In this document: in pieces, positions 48,753 to 60,838 of the stretch
Numbering within the stretch: position 1 is the first letter of the stretch
Layout of the letters: each line of letters opens with the position of its first letter
Assembly (NCBI RefSeq): GCF_009834535.1
Contig: NC_045696.1
Location: 60,514,001-60,578,000, forward strand
From: Camelus ferus
Taxonomy: Eukaryota
DNA: 64,000 bases
Reading direction: 5' to 3'
Notes under the pieces: model-generated
The model's database searches: none
The model's input: only the letters and a program-made list of their open reading frames with translations
Told to the model about the DNA's origin: nothing
Translations under genes and position numbers: made by a program

Positions 48753-49766
48753 TTTGACTCTTGACCCAATTTGAGAATCACTGTTTTACTCAGGCAAGTG
48801 TAACTCATCTCCATGTATTTTCTTAATGGTTTTATTTGGGTTTGCTTCTTTCCTTTTGTTTTATGCTTTCTGGTTTTTATGTGTTGTTGCTCTTTTCTGT
48901 TTTTATTTTTTGCTCAGTAGGCCATTGTGTTTACCATTATCTTCTAAAGTGAACTAGAGGGTAAACAGGCTGCTTTTAATTCTGCTCAGTAGTGGAACGG
49001 GAATTGGAACCGAGGCAGAACCCAGTGGAACAAGAATTGAACTCTGGAGCCCACAGTCTCAGCCACTGTGTTCTGCTGCCTCTCTTGTGACCCCAAAGGT
49101 CCTAATACCCATAGAAAATTAATTTGCCCTTGAAAATTGTCACACCATAAGGGCAATAATTTCCCTTCTAGGAGAAACCACCTTGGAGAGCTAATCAGAG
49201 TTGTGCACATAGGTATTCATTGCAGCATGACTTACAATATCAAAACAATATGGACTGGAATAGGTTTTCCTTTTTTAAAAAAAAACAATATCAATCAGTT
49301 GTGCCTCTCTAGTGCTTAACTTATCTTTTTGTCTGTGTTAATAATTTTTTGTCTTGTATCTGAATTTTGGTTGTAAACTGATCACGTCCTTTTAAATGCT
49401 AATTGAATGAAATATTTACATTAAAACCTGTGCCTGCTCTCTTCCTGAGTTGGCTGTTTACAACACAGAACAAGACTTGACATATAAGGATGAAACAGCT
49501 CCGAGTCCATCTGAAGGAAGCAGAAGAGGCAGGCACATTCTGGCATCAGAGCTGAACAATTACAAGACCTGAGAAATTTGGATCTAAGATATCTGGCAAT
49601 GAAGCAGAAAGAAACACAATAAGTTACATAATTTCTATTGTCCAATAAGACAAAGAATTCAAACTAATTCTTTTGTGGAGGCAGCTTTTTCTGGGATCTA
49701 AAATCAAGTAGGAATTTGTTATGTGAGTCTTCATATAAAGGGAATTGAGGGGCACTGAAGATTATC

Positions 49767-51838
49767 TGTGATGCAGTGATTCAGAAAAAGAAGTAGATGT
49801 TGGGTTTCATCCCCAATTCTGGAACAGAGCTCCCCAAACCCTCTGAATTTCATGAGCTATAAGACCCATGAGAGCATCTTTTGTTGTAATATTCGGTCTC
49901 TTGTGCTCAGTTCCTGAAATCTGGAGCAATAGAAGTGAAATGGGTGTCTTGTTATTCATAACAAGTCCCTTTCATCCACAACTGACTTTATGTTAATGAG
50001 GTGACTTCTGGAAAGCACCTAAAGATGGGGGGCTGGTTACCAGAGGAGTCAACCTTGTGACTAGAGGGTTGAAGGTTTCAGTCCTACTCCCTGATGGCTG
50101 GAGCCTGAGTTCAATCACCAATGGCCAATGACTTAATCAATCATGCTTACATAATGAAGCCTCCATAAAAACCCAACAGGACATAAATCTCAGCAATGTT
50201 CTCCTAGGGCAGTCTACCCAGGCAATAGAAATAAAAGCAAAAATAAACAAATGGGACCTAATTAAACTTATAAGCTTTTGCACAACAAAGCAAACCATAA
50301 GCAAAACAAAACAACAACCTACAGAATGGGAGAAAATATTTGCTTAAGATGAGACTGACAAGGGCTTAATTTCCAGAATATATAAACAGCTCATACAACT
50401 TAATAAGAAAGAAAAACAACAACCTAATCCAAAAATGGGCAGAAGGCCTAAACAGACATTTCTCCAATGAAGACATACAAATGGCCAATAGGCATGTGAA
50501 AAAATGCTCAGTATTACTAATTATCAGAGAAATGGAAATCAAAACTACAATGAGGTATCACCTCACACCAGTCAGAATGGCCATCATTAAAAAGTTCACA
50601 AATGATAAATGCTGGAGAGGCTGTGGAGAAAAAGGAACCCCCCTTCACTGCTGGTGGGAATGTATTTTGGTGCAGCCATTATGGAAAACAGTATGGAGAG
50701 TCCTCAAAAAACTAAAAATAGACTTACCATATGGTCCAGCAATCCCACTCCTGGGCATATATCCAGAGAAAACTCTAATTCAAAAAGACACATGCACCCC
50801 AATGTTCACTGTAGCACTATTTACAATGGCCAAGACATGGAAACAAGCCAAATGTGCATTGATAGATGACTGGATAAAAAAGATGTGGTATATATACAAC
50901 GGAATACTACTCGGCCCTAAAAAATAAAATGCCATTTGCAGCAATATGGATTGACCTGGAGATTGTCATTCTAATGAAGTAAGCCAGAAAGAGAAAGAAA
51001 AATACCATATGTTATCACTTAAATGTGGAATCTAAAAAAAAAAAAAGATAAATGAATTTATTTACAAAAGAGAAACAGACTCACAGACATAGAAAACAAA
51101 CTTATGGTTACCAGGGGGGAAAGGGAGTAGGAAGGGATAAATTGGGAATTTGAGATTTATAGATACTACTATATATATAAAATAGGTAAACAAGTTTACA
51201 CTGTATAGCACAGGGAACCATATTCAATATCTTGTAGTAACCTATGATGAAAAAGAATATGAAAACAAATAAATGTATGTATATGTATAACTGAACTATT
51301 ATGCTGTATACCAGAAATTGACACAACATTGTAAACTGACTATATTTCAATAATAATATATTAACAAAAAACCCAAAAGGACAGGGTTTGGAGAGCTTCC
51401 AGATTAGTGAGCACATGGAGATGCGGGGAGATGGAGAGGGCATGGAAGCTCCAAGCCCCATCCAATGCATGGCCCTGGGCATCTCTTCTGAGTTACATCC
51501 TTTCAGACCAAACTGGTAATCCAGGAAGTAAGATGTCTCTCAGTTCTGTGAGCCCCTCTGGCAAATTAACTGAACCACAAGTGGGGGTTGTTGGAACCAC
51601 CGATCTATCGCCAGTAGGTCAGAAGCACAGGTGATGAACTGGATTTGTGGCTGGCATCCTGTGGAACTGAGCCCTTAACCTGTGGGATCCATCACTATCT
51701 CCAGGAAGACAGTGTCAGAGTTGATTTGAATCACAGGACACCCAGCCGGTGTGGGAGAACTGTTTGTTGGTGTGGCGAAACACACCCCAGCGTCCGCCCG
51801 CCACCACACATGGGGACTGGGTGCTCAGACCCCCTTAC
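49767..51838. mobile_element. ERV solo LTR (MER21-like) split by an L1
   Basis: Starts TGTGATG. MER21-like motifs 'tcaatcaccaatggccaatgacttaatcaatcatgc...aatgaagcctccataaaaacc' resume after the L1 as 'gggtttggagagcttccag'. Possible 4-bp TSD TATC. Confidence 0.8.
50184..51366 (+). mobile_element. 5'-truncated, relatively young L1
   Basis: ORF 50481-50927 is the L1 ORF2 C-terminal Cys-rich region ([19 protein letters not shown]); 17-bp TSD with 1 mismatch at 50167-50183 and 51367-51383. Confidence 0.96.
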
Positions 51839-53378
51839 TATCTACAGTTTGAAATCTTGTTAAGCCCACTGGCTTGGATGGCTCTCTATGAACTTGCCAT
51901 AAAAGCACCCAGCAAGGTATCCTCTGCTAACCTGGGGAAGTTATTTATGCAAACAAATGAGAGTGGGGCCTGAGAATTTTGTCTTCCTCTCAAGGGGGGG
52001 GGGGGCTCTGCCACCAGCATGGCACCTCCCCATCCTGTGCTGCTTCAGCTCTGCCGTGAAAGCACCCTCACGTGAATACGAGCTGGAGGTGGGTGAGATG
52101 TTGTAGCCCAAAAAGGCCAGCTGTAAGCTAAAATTTGTTTGAAGATTTGCAATTTATATTTTCATCCATGTGAATTACAGTCTGTTTCATAACGTATTAT
52201 AGATAAAAATGTGTTCCCCTCCTTCAAACTTTCAACAAATTGGTGCTCCAGGAAGATGGGTGGTTTTTAATGCTTTCCGAGCATCCCTTGGCCAGCCGCC
52301 TTGGACCTGCCCACCCCCACAGATACACCATTATTTTAACTTGATGTTGGGCCGGTACTTTCAGTGTCTGGATTAGTGAACTGCTCCTTTCCAATGTTAG
52401 GTGTCTTGGAACAGAATGTCATATATTCTCCTAACGTATAGAAAAGAGGGTCTATGTAAGCTCTGGCTGACAGGTATTTTTTAAAAGTTGATGTTACCTT
52501 GTGAACAGAGATGAATTAGACTTCCTGAATAGCCGCCGTTCTACACAGCTACAAACATCGAGGGTGATTACGTTAGGCAACAGCCAATACTTATTTCTCA
52601 AGAAGGATCTTTTAATCTCTAGCAAGCATGATTGATCGTGAGCTACCTGAAGTCCCAGGGAGAAGATGAGTGGGTGGTGGACACTTGGCAGGCTGACCTC
52701 ACTAGAATAACGAGGCTCTAAGGAGAGGATTGAAATCTCCAACTTGGCACAGGCTCCCTGTGAAAGCAAGCGCATTCTCAGAGCTTTGCACATTGAGTCA
52801 TTTATCGTGTAAGCTCATTTCTATTCAGTTGGCTCTTTCTCTGCCTAGGACTCTTGGATATTAAAAGCCTAGGGTTAACTAAAGCAGCCTTGGAGGGAGG
52901 GGTGTTGTGCAAATCCTCTAGCTGGATTTAGGGCTGGGTTGGGCCATCATATGTATTTAAGGAGGGATGGAAAGCTCAAGATCATTAGAGAAAAGCTGTA
53001 TTCTCCTGAAATTGGAGACTACAACCTCCACGAGCGAGACTGTTAGAGTGCAGGTTACTTCGAAGCCTCTTCTGCCCCTTCAGGCTCCGGGGTGGTAAAG
53101 CTGGCCTGAGACAGCCTACCACCCATTGCTGGTTTCTGCTAAGGCTGCCCACGCCTTTGTGGAGGGTCCTTTCGTTCAACTCTCCTGTTTCCCCTGTTGT
53201 CTTTCCCCTGCTGGACCCTGACCCAGATTTGGTCCTCACTCCAGGGCCAGGCTGATGAAGCAGTCAGAAGCTGACTGGAAAAAGAACACAGTGGTGTGTA
53301 TCTTGTTCTTAAGGCTTCTTCCTGGGAATGACACATGACACTGCTGTCTGTTCTTCCCAGGCCAAAGCAAGTCACAGG

Positions 53379-53909
53379 TGTATCAGTTATCAGTTGCTGT
53401 ATAACAAATGCAACCCCACTAAAATTTAGTAGCTGAAAACAATAAACATTTATAATCTGGCACAGTTTCTGAGGGTCAGGAATCTGTGAGCAGCTTAGCT
53501 GGGTGGTTCTGGCCCCAAGTCTCTCATAAGCCTGAAATCAAGAGGCCAGAGATGTAGGCATTTGGAAACTTGACAGGGGCTGCAGGATCTGCTTCCAAGG
53601 CAGCTCACTAACGTGCCAGGCAGCTTAGGACTGGTTGTTGGAAGGAGGCCTCGGTTCTTTGCTACCTGAACCTCTGAAGTACTCCTGGAGAGTTCTCATG
53701 ACGTGGCAGCTGGCTTCCCCAGGAATGAGCAGGTCAAGAGAGAGCCCGAGAAGAAGCCACCAAAACTAGGACCTGGTCTCAGAAGTCAGACTCTTCTACT
53801 TATTCTAAGTGAGTCATTAACTCCAGCCCACAGCATATGGGCAAACCAAAGCTCCAGCTCCTGAAGGGAGGAGTATAAAAGACCATGTGGATATTTTAAA
53901 ACCACCACA
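53379..53909 (-). mobile_element. MaLR LTR (MLT1F/G-like)
   Basis: TGTATCAGTTATC...AAACCACCACA termini and typical internal motifs. Confidence 0.88.
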
Positions 53910-55949
53910 CGAGCCTGCACCTAACTTCAAAGCAAAAGATGTGGCCGGGAGATGACGCGTAAACATTTGGTGACTGGTACTAACGACTGGCAATTTTATT
54001 GGCCATTAAGAGTTCAATGAGATCTGGATCCAAGCTTTACTGCTGTGTTTCTGAGTCTTTGCTATATGAATCTTGGGGTTGTGGTGTTATATTCAACCTC
54101 AGTATATTTGAATTATATTCAAAAATATAATTTGAACCTGATCCAGAAACCCCCCGCCATGGGGAGGGGGCAGCCCAGCATCTGGACTTCCTTGAAATGA
54201 TGTCAGTCCCAGGGCTAATCCCCTCTGGGAAGAAGAGGTTCTTCACTTAAAATGAGGCCCTAGGCAGGCAGGAGTGGGGAATCCACTTCTTTCCATGAGC
54301 CTCATTGTCCTGACATTGGGGCCAAGGCGGTGTCCACGCTGTGGACCTGGGAGATCTGGGGTCAGAGATAGGAACCTCTCTGTGTTCACCACTCGTTTGT
54401 AGGTCCTAAGCTTTTGGTCAAACTTGTTGACATGGGCTAGTCTTGTCTCTGCAGTCCAGACCACAAGAGACTTGATGCATCTACACTTGGGTCAGGGCAT
54501 CAAGGGAGAAGCTGTGAGCAGGAAGCAGGGGTAACTGGACCACAAGGTCCAGCCACCTCTTCCCCAGCAAGAGAGATTCTGCTTTTGTGACTAGACCTAG
54601 AAATTCTGGGTTGCATTCTATTAATGTATTTGGTATTTCCTTCTGCCCACAATCACAGCTGTCAACATAGCAGCCCCAGAATCCAGGCAATATTAAGATC
54701 TTGGCCCCCAGGTGCAGACACCCAAGGTCGTATCTGTGAAGGAGGTGGTCAGTCATTCCCAGATCCAAGGCCTGAGGCAGACAGAGATGGAAGAGCCCTC
54801 CAGACCAGGACAAGGGGTCCAGAAGGGTTGGAGATACTTCTCTATCAGATGGATCTAAGGCCGTGCAGGGAAATAAAAATCGCCTTCCCCAGGATCTGGG
54901 TGAACTTTCTAATGAGTCTCTCTACCACCTGCAAAGCAAGGTCATGGGAACAAACACCGTGCACAACACGTAGAGTCCTGCCTGCTCCCCGTGGTGGCCT
55001 TTGGACAGTGGCGGGTTCGTGTTGGAGGTCCAGCCCCGGAGAGGCCGCGCCCAGCCCTGGATCCCGGGTTTGTAGGCGCTCTGTTCATTTGATGGTGTCT
55101 GTGGGAGGGACAAGAATGGTTTGTGACTAACTATACTTGATTTTTTTTTTGTCTCACTAGCCTTTAAATTTTGTTCAGTGGGGAAAGTGCTTTTTCTGCT
55201 GCAGGATGAAAATTTAGGAGGCCTCATGATTTTTGTATGCTCAGTTTGAGGGAAGAGAGAGCCTCCCAGTTACTTTAGGTCAAAAAGACAGTGTTGTCCG
55301 TAGTTATATATTAGTCACGCTGCAGCCTTCATTTTAAAGCAAAGTCTCCTTCCTCTCTCACAGCCAAGACTTGCAGTTGGTGCTAGCATCTCTGGGAACG
55401 ACCACTTCTTCTTCCAACTGGATCCCCTCTGCTCCCAACCTCGTGGTGGCTGCTTCCATCATCACCAGGGGAGGGAAAGGGCAGGAGATGAGCTAAGGGG
55501 ACGGGTCACACGCTACTTGGCTGGACAGCTCTGCGCTCTCTGGGTGGTGTGTGTGTGGACTTCTCCAGTGGACTCCCACCCCTAGGATCTTTCTCCCACG
55601 GTTCCCCTGACCCATGTGATGCGTCCGTATTCTGAATGGTCGCTTGTGTCACCTTCACTTCCAGCTTCTTGCTGCTTGGGCTCCACAGGCTTACTTCTCC
55701 GCTTGGCTCACTTTTGATCCATGGGAAACACTTGCAATTCCTTCGGTTCTAATGAAGTCCCAGATAATCCGAAGATACAGCAAGGTCCTGGCTCTGCTTC
55801 CGAAGCCCTGAGTCAGCACATCTGCCTGACATTCTCCAGAGAAAGGCATCGGATCCTGGGCCCCTGTTCACCCCCTCAACTCCAGAGGTCTTGTGGTTCC
55901 TGCCGTCAGTGATGGCCACTCTCAATGCCTTCCTTCCCTTTATGCTCAT

Positions 55950-56375
55950 GCCCACTCAGCTATCAAGAAGTGGGATCTGTTCCCCCTCCCCCTTAAGTGG
56001 GGACCAGCCTGTGCCCACTTAACCCATAGCAGGTGCTGGAAGTGACTCAGCCAGTTCGGGACCTCTCCTTTAAGAAGACTGGCAGCTTCCCTTCCTCCCT
56101 GTTGGCACCCAGCAACCACACTGTGAGGAAGCCCAGGCAGCCACATGGAGGAGAACCGAGACCCTCGGCCAATAATCCCAGCTGACCTCCCAGCCATCGG
56201 CCAGCACCAACTTGCCAACCAGGTGACTGAGCCACTTTGGAGCTGACACCGTGTGGGGCACAAGATATGTCCCCACTGAGCCTGGCACAATTGTAAAAAT
56301 AAGAACAAATCAGGAATTATTGTTTTAAAGGCACTCATTTTTGTGGTGGTTTGTTTTGAAGCAGCAGGTGACTCA
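55950..56375 (+). mobile_element. MaLR LTR (MLT1-type)
   Basis: 'ctgtgaggaagcccaggcagccacatggag...ttgttttaaaggcactc...ggtttgtt'. Confidence 0.85.
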
Positions 56376-57400
56376 AGCATTTGGTAAGTTTTCCAGGTAA
56401 CCCAGTGGAAGCCTTTCCCACAAGGTTTGAGGTGAAGTAGATGGTAGGTTGGGGTGTTCAGCATGGTAACAGGTCTCTCCAAGGAAATCTCTTCACAAAC
56501 CATCTTCTCCCCACACTCTAACCACTTTCATAGCCTTGATCTGCCTGAGGAGTCCAAGAGTTGTAGAATCGGTTCCTTAAAATTTCCTTTATAAATTCAA
56601 AGTGTATGGGGATTCTGCCTCAGGCTCACAGAGATGTCCAATATCATTCATATTAATTCCTCAGTTAAAGCTGGGGCCCAAAGAACCTCACGTTCAGATC
56701 CTGTGGCTCTGGGTCCAGAACTGGCTGGAGCAGACACTGACACGTGGGGGTCCTCAAGCAGATGGATAGGACAAGGATTTTTTTGAAAATTTTTTAGCCA
56801 GCAAATCTTGGCAGAATCTTATTTGAAGGCCCAAACCTTCATAGTTAAAAGCTATGCTGTAGTTTAAGAGGGAGTGGGACATCCGGGCTGGGCCAGGGGA
56901 CCCTTCCTCGCCCCATAAAGCCACAGCAGAGGCCTGGGTTCTGCAGAGCATGATTTGAGCATGATGTCTGTAAGGCAGCCAGCTTGGGCTTTGGATCTAT
57001 CTTGTTGAATCCATGACAAGTCCATGGTGCAGATACTATCACCCCATTTTACAGGTGAGAAAACTTGAGGTTCAGAGACATTAAGCCAGTAAACCCAAGT
57101 TTGACTGACCATCAGAATAACTGAGGAGCTCTTAAAATGCACATCCCCAGGCCCCACCCCAGAGCAACAAAACCCGGAACTCAGTTCTCTAAGTCTAAGG
57201 TTATGTACCTATTAAGTGGGAAGACAGGGCTGGGAATAGGGTGAGGCAGTGGAGGTGGCTGGAGTCAAGGTACACCAGAGAGCCAGGCCCTCTTACAATG
57301 TCCCTGGCCTCACCCTAGTCTCACCCACAGCAAAGCCAGAGTTGGAACCCAGGCCACGCTCTTAGCCATGAAGCTACTGCAGTCCCAGGACCCCTTTGGG

Positions 57401-57562
57401 CAGAGCTTCTTAAACTGCAACATGCATCAAAGCCACCAGGGGGGTGCTGCCACCACCACCACATGGAGTTTGTGATTGAGTAGGTCTGGGGTGGGGCTGA
57501 GAATTGGAATTTCTCAGGTGATGCTGACGCTGCTGGTCCAGCTCCACGCTTTGAGATGCACC
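57401..57562. mobile_element. MER5A-like MITE
   Basis: 'gtaggtctggggtggggctgagaatt...caggtgatgctgacgctgctggtcca'. Confidence 0.75.
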
Positions 57563-59238
57563 AACTTCAGGGGAAGGAGGAGTCAGCACCGAGAAGGCTC
57601 CCTCCTCTACATTGCTTCTCTCAGGCTCTGGGATGAAGCGCTCCAAGCAGCCTGGCTGCCCCACCCTGCAACCCGAAGATGCACGAACCCCAAGCTGAAG
57701 AGAATTCCCCCATCGTCCCCCTGCACCCAAGCACCCTAAGCTGCTCCCAGTCTCTACAAGGAAGAGGATCCTGGGGAAAGAGTCTATGGTTTTCCAGCAC
57801 AGAGAGGTCAGGCCCTACCCAGGTCAGGACTGATGGGATCTCGGTTTCTGACTGCTCCGTGCTGACCCGGCCCACCCAGCGATGGGGCTTCTGGGATGGT
57901 GGTGCTGCGCTCTTGCGTCTCTGTGCTGTTGCAGCTCAGTGTTTACGCAGCTGACCAAGAAAGGAAGAACCCAATTTAAAGTTCCTAGGTCCTCATCACT
58001 CCCTCACTGAGTAATTGCCCTAAGAGCAGTTGCAGACATTAGCATGAATTAGTTAATTTTATTGTGCCTTGTCTGGGCCCCAAATTCAATGTACAAATTA
58101 ATGGCAGCTCACATGCAAATGAGTGGAATTCACAGTCCCCAGACTTCATGATTTTGTTTTTGGTTTTTAAAAAAGCCTAAGCCCATAAGCCAGCGCTGGG
58201 TATTTCCTTCAAATCCTCAAAAAACTGTTTCTGATTCATTAAGCACCTAATTGCACAGCTCTTGAGGGAAGTTTCTACTAAAAATGAAAACCAGCGTCCA
58301 GGGAGCGTTGGCCCTCATCACTTCCACAACCACCAACTGCAAACTCGACTGCTTTCCTAAGTGCCCTGCTTTAACTGACCTGTTACCGACCCCTGACCCC
58401 CCTCTGTTCCCAATTTCCCCATTCTAACCTAGGCCCCTTCCGGTCTGGGAAAAGGGCTCTACGTTGGGTGTTGGGATGGGTGGGCTCTGCTCACTGACCA
58501 GCTGTGCACACCGGGCAGCGCCACCTTGCTTCTCTTAGGCTGCGGTTTTCTCACTTGCATCCAGGAGCAACAGGATGGTAGCTTCTCCTGGAGGAAATGG
58601 GAGGCGCAGCTGGGAAACGGAATCTCGGGCTGCAGGGATGATGGTTCATGGGACCAGGAGAGGAAGGACTTCCTCTAGGGGTTTCAGAACTCGACTTGGA
58701 TACGCTGGGAGGTGAGGGAGCCGCTCTGGCCTTGGGTGGGTGGCTGGGTCACAGCATCACTGGGCTGCCACTTGGGAGAACTTGCCCAGGCTGGCCAGCG
58801 CCTGGATGGAGAAATTCAAAGAGCTCCATCTCTAAAACACCATCACCATGGGAGCCCAGGCCGGCCCCGGCTGCCCGTCGCCTGCAGAGAGCTCCCGGAG
58901 AAACAGCTGTGGCATGGGAGGCATCTCCTGGCCTGGGAGCTCGCCCTGCCGGCCACCTGCTGTGTCAGCAGCAGCCACGTGGACCGTGGCCCTCGTGGCC
59001 TGTTGAATCTTCTCACAGGTGAAGTGACACAACTTGGAACCACTGGGGCCTCTAGAGTCACTACTGGGAGGATTTTTTTCTTTTAAGCTTTGAGGTATAA
59101 TTGACAAATAATGGGAGACATTCTTAATAAGTTGCATGTTGGGAGCTTGGGATCGCTTATTTGGACCTTGAAAAATAGTTTCTTATTTTCATCCCAGCTG
59201 GTTAAAGCAAGACATACGGTTGTTTGAAAGAACTATCC

Positions 59239-59579
59239 TGCCTTAGTCCACTTGGGCTGCTGTAACACAGCGCCGCACACTGGGTGGCTGATAAGCAACG
59301 GAAATGTATTTCTCACAGTTCTGAAGGCTGCAAGTCCGGGATCAGGTGTCAGCAGGGTCAGGTTGTGGTGGGAGCCCCCTTCTGGGCTGCAGACTGCCCA
59401 CTCCTTGCTGGGCCCTCACGTGGTGGAAGGGCCCAGGGCTCTGTGGGGTCTCGGACAAGGCACTAATTCCACTCCTGAGGGCTCCACCCTTAGGAGCAGT
59501 GTCCTCACCACCTAATACCATCACATTGGGTATTGAGGTTTCAACATCTGAAGATGGGGGGAAACACTCAGACAGTAGC
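59239..59579 (-). mobile_element. MaLR LTR (MLT1A/MST-like)
   Basis: 'ttagtccacttgggctgctgtaaca...atttctcacagttctg...taataccatcacattggg'. Confidence 0.88.
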
Positions 59580-59654
59580 CGGGCCTGATCTCTGTGGGCC
59601 CATCAGCAGTAAGGTTCCAGGATTCCGTGAGCTACCCCCATCCTTTGTTCAACT

Positions 59655-59860
59655 GAACAATAGCCAACGTCACTGAGCACTCAGCAGTGTGCCAGGCGCG
59701 TGTTAAGCACTTTGACATGCTTTATTGTATCATACAACGTTTCTGCACAGTAGGTGCTGTCCTTACAGCCATTTTGTACCAAGGAACCCAGGTCTCAGCA
59801 AACTCAAGGAACTTACCCCAAATCACAGAACTTGTAAAAGGTGGAGCGTAGGGCTGCACT
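59655..59860 (-). mobile_element. MIR SINE
   Basis: 'actgagcactcagcagtgtgccaggcgcgtgttaagcacttt'. Confidence 0.65.
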
Positions 59861-60824
59861 CAGGGCTCCCTTTCCAAGTTGCAGCCCCCCTGGGAACCGG
59901 CAGCAGAGGGGCGCCCCCCACGTGCGGCCTGGGCGCGGGGAGGCAGGCGCTCTGCCCCAACGGGCACCGCTGGGGCCGCTTGGAGTTCCACACTGGACCA
60001 TCTAGCGGAACCCACGTGGGGCAGAACGTTAAAAAAAAAAAAAAAAAGGCAAAACCTTTTTCTGTTCTATTTCTGGTGAAGTATAAACGCAGTTACACAA
60101 TGCAAACATGTGCTTGTTCAAACGGTTTGAAAAAGGTGCTGCTGGGCCGGGAGGGAAGCAGCAAGCACAGCCCTTGGGCCGTTCGGGAACTCTAAAGGAA
60201 AGAACTTTATTTATTTATTTTAAAGTAGGCAGAAAACTTTCAAATCATGACTGGAGATGGACGAAATGAGACGGGTTTGTGGTCTTAGATCAGAAAGAGG
60301 CACGTCCTTCCTCACAAGCTGGGTAGGTGAAGGGTGGCTGGATGGTGAGTCAAGGAGTCTCCCCGAGACCCGGACTGTCCAAATCCCCAGGAGGGCTTTC
60401 CCTGACCGCCGAGGCCTCTTCCCTAAACCCCTTCTCCCAGATCCTGATAGGCTCACCCAGCCGGGGATGGCCCCACAGCCTCGCTTACTGCTAGGGGTGT
60501 GCGAATGCAGGGGTGGAGGCAGCAGGGAGTGGGCGGAAAGTCAGGCAGAATCACCCAAGTGCAGGTGAGTTAGGAACAGAGGTTTCCCCCTGAGGAATTA
60601 TACTGATGAAATCTAGGCTAGAAAGGTCCATGTTCAAAGGTCTGTTTACTTTATTATCTTTTTACCCGGAGGAATGTGCCTGTTGGGTTAATGTTTATTT
60701 TGTTGAATAATCTAGTTTTAGCCATGTCAATAAGAGTTAGTGCTACTTTATTGGGAGAAAACGCTGTTTGGCGGCTGATCTCAGGGCTCCAGCCCAGAGG
60801 TCCTTCTTGGGCCGGTTAGCTCTA

Positions 60825-60838
60825 CTGCCACCTGGTGG
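60825..60838 (-). promoter_or_regulatory. CTCF core motif
   Basis: Minus strand CCACCAGGTGGCAG matches the consensus CCASYAGRKGGCRS, in a small CpG-retaining non-repeat patch. Confidence 0.7.

Noticed and set aside
50481..50927. 148-aa ORF as a host gene
   Set aside because: It is the C-terminus of L1 ORF2 in a 5'-truncated element.
54624..55130. Longest ORF in the track (168 aa)
   Set aside because: No recognisable domain, no convincing exon context; length is compatible with chance in GC-richer DNA.
57432..57448. CTCF-like CCACCAGGGGGGTG (and GCAGCAGAGGGGCG at ~59900)
   Set aside because: Both mismatch the conserved GGC core position.
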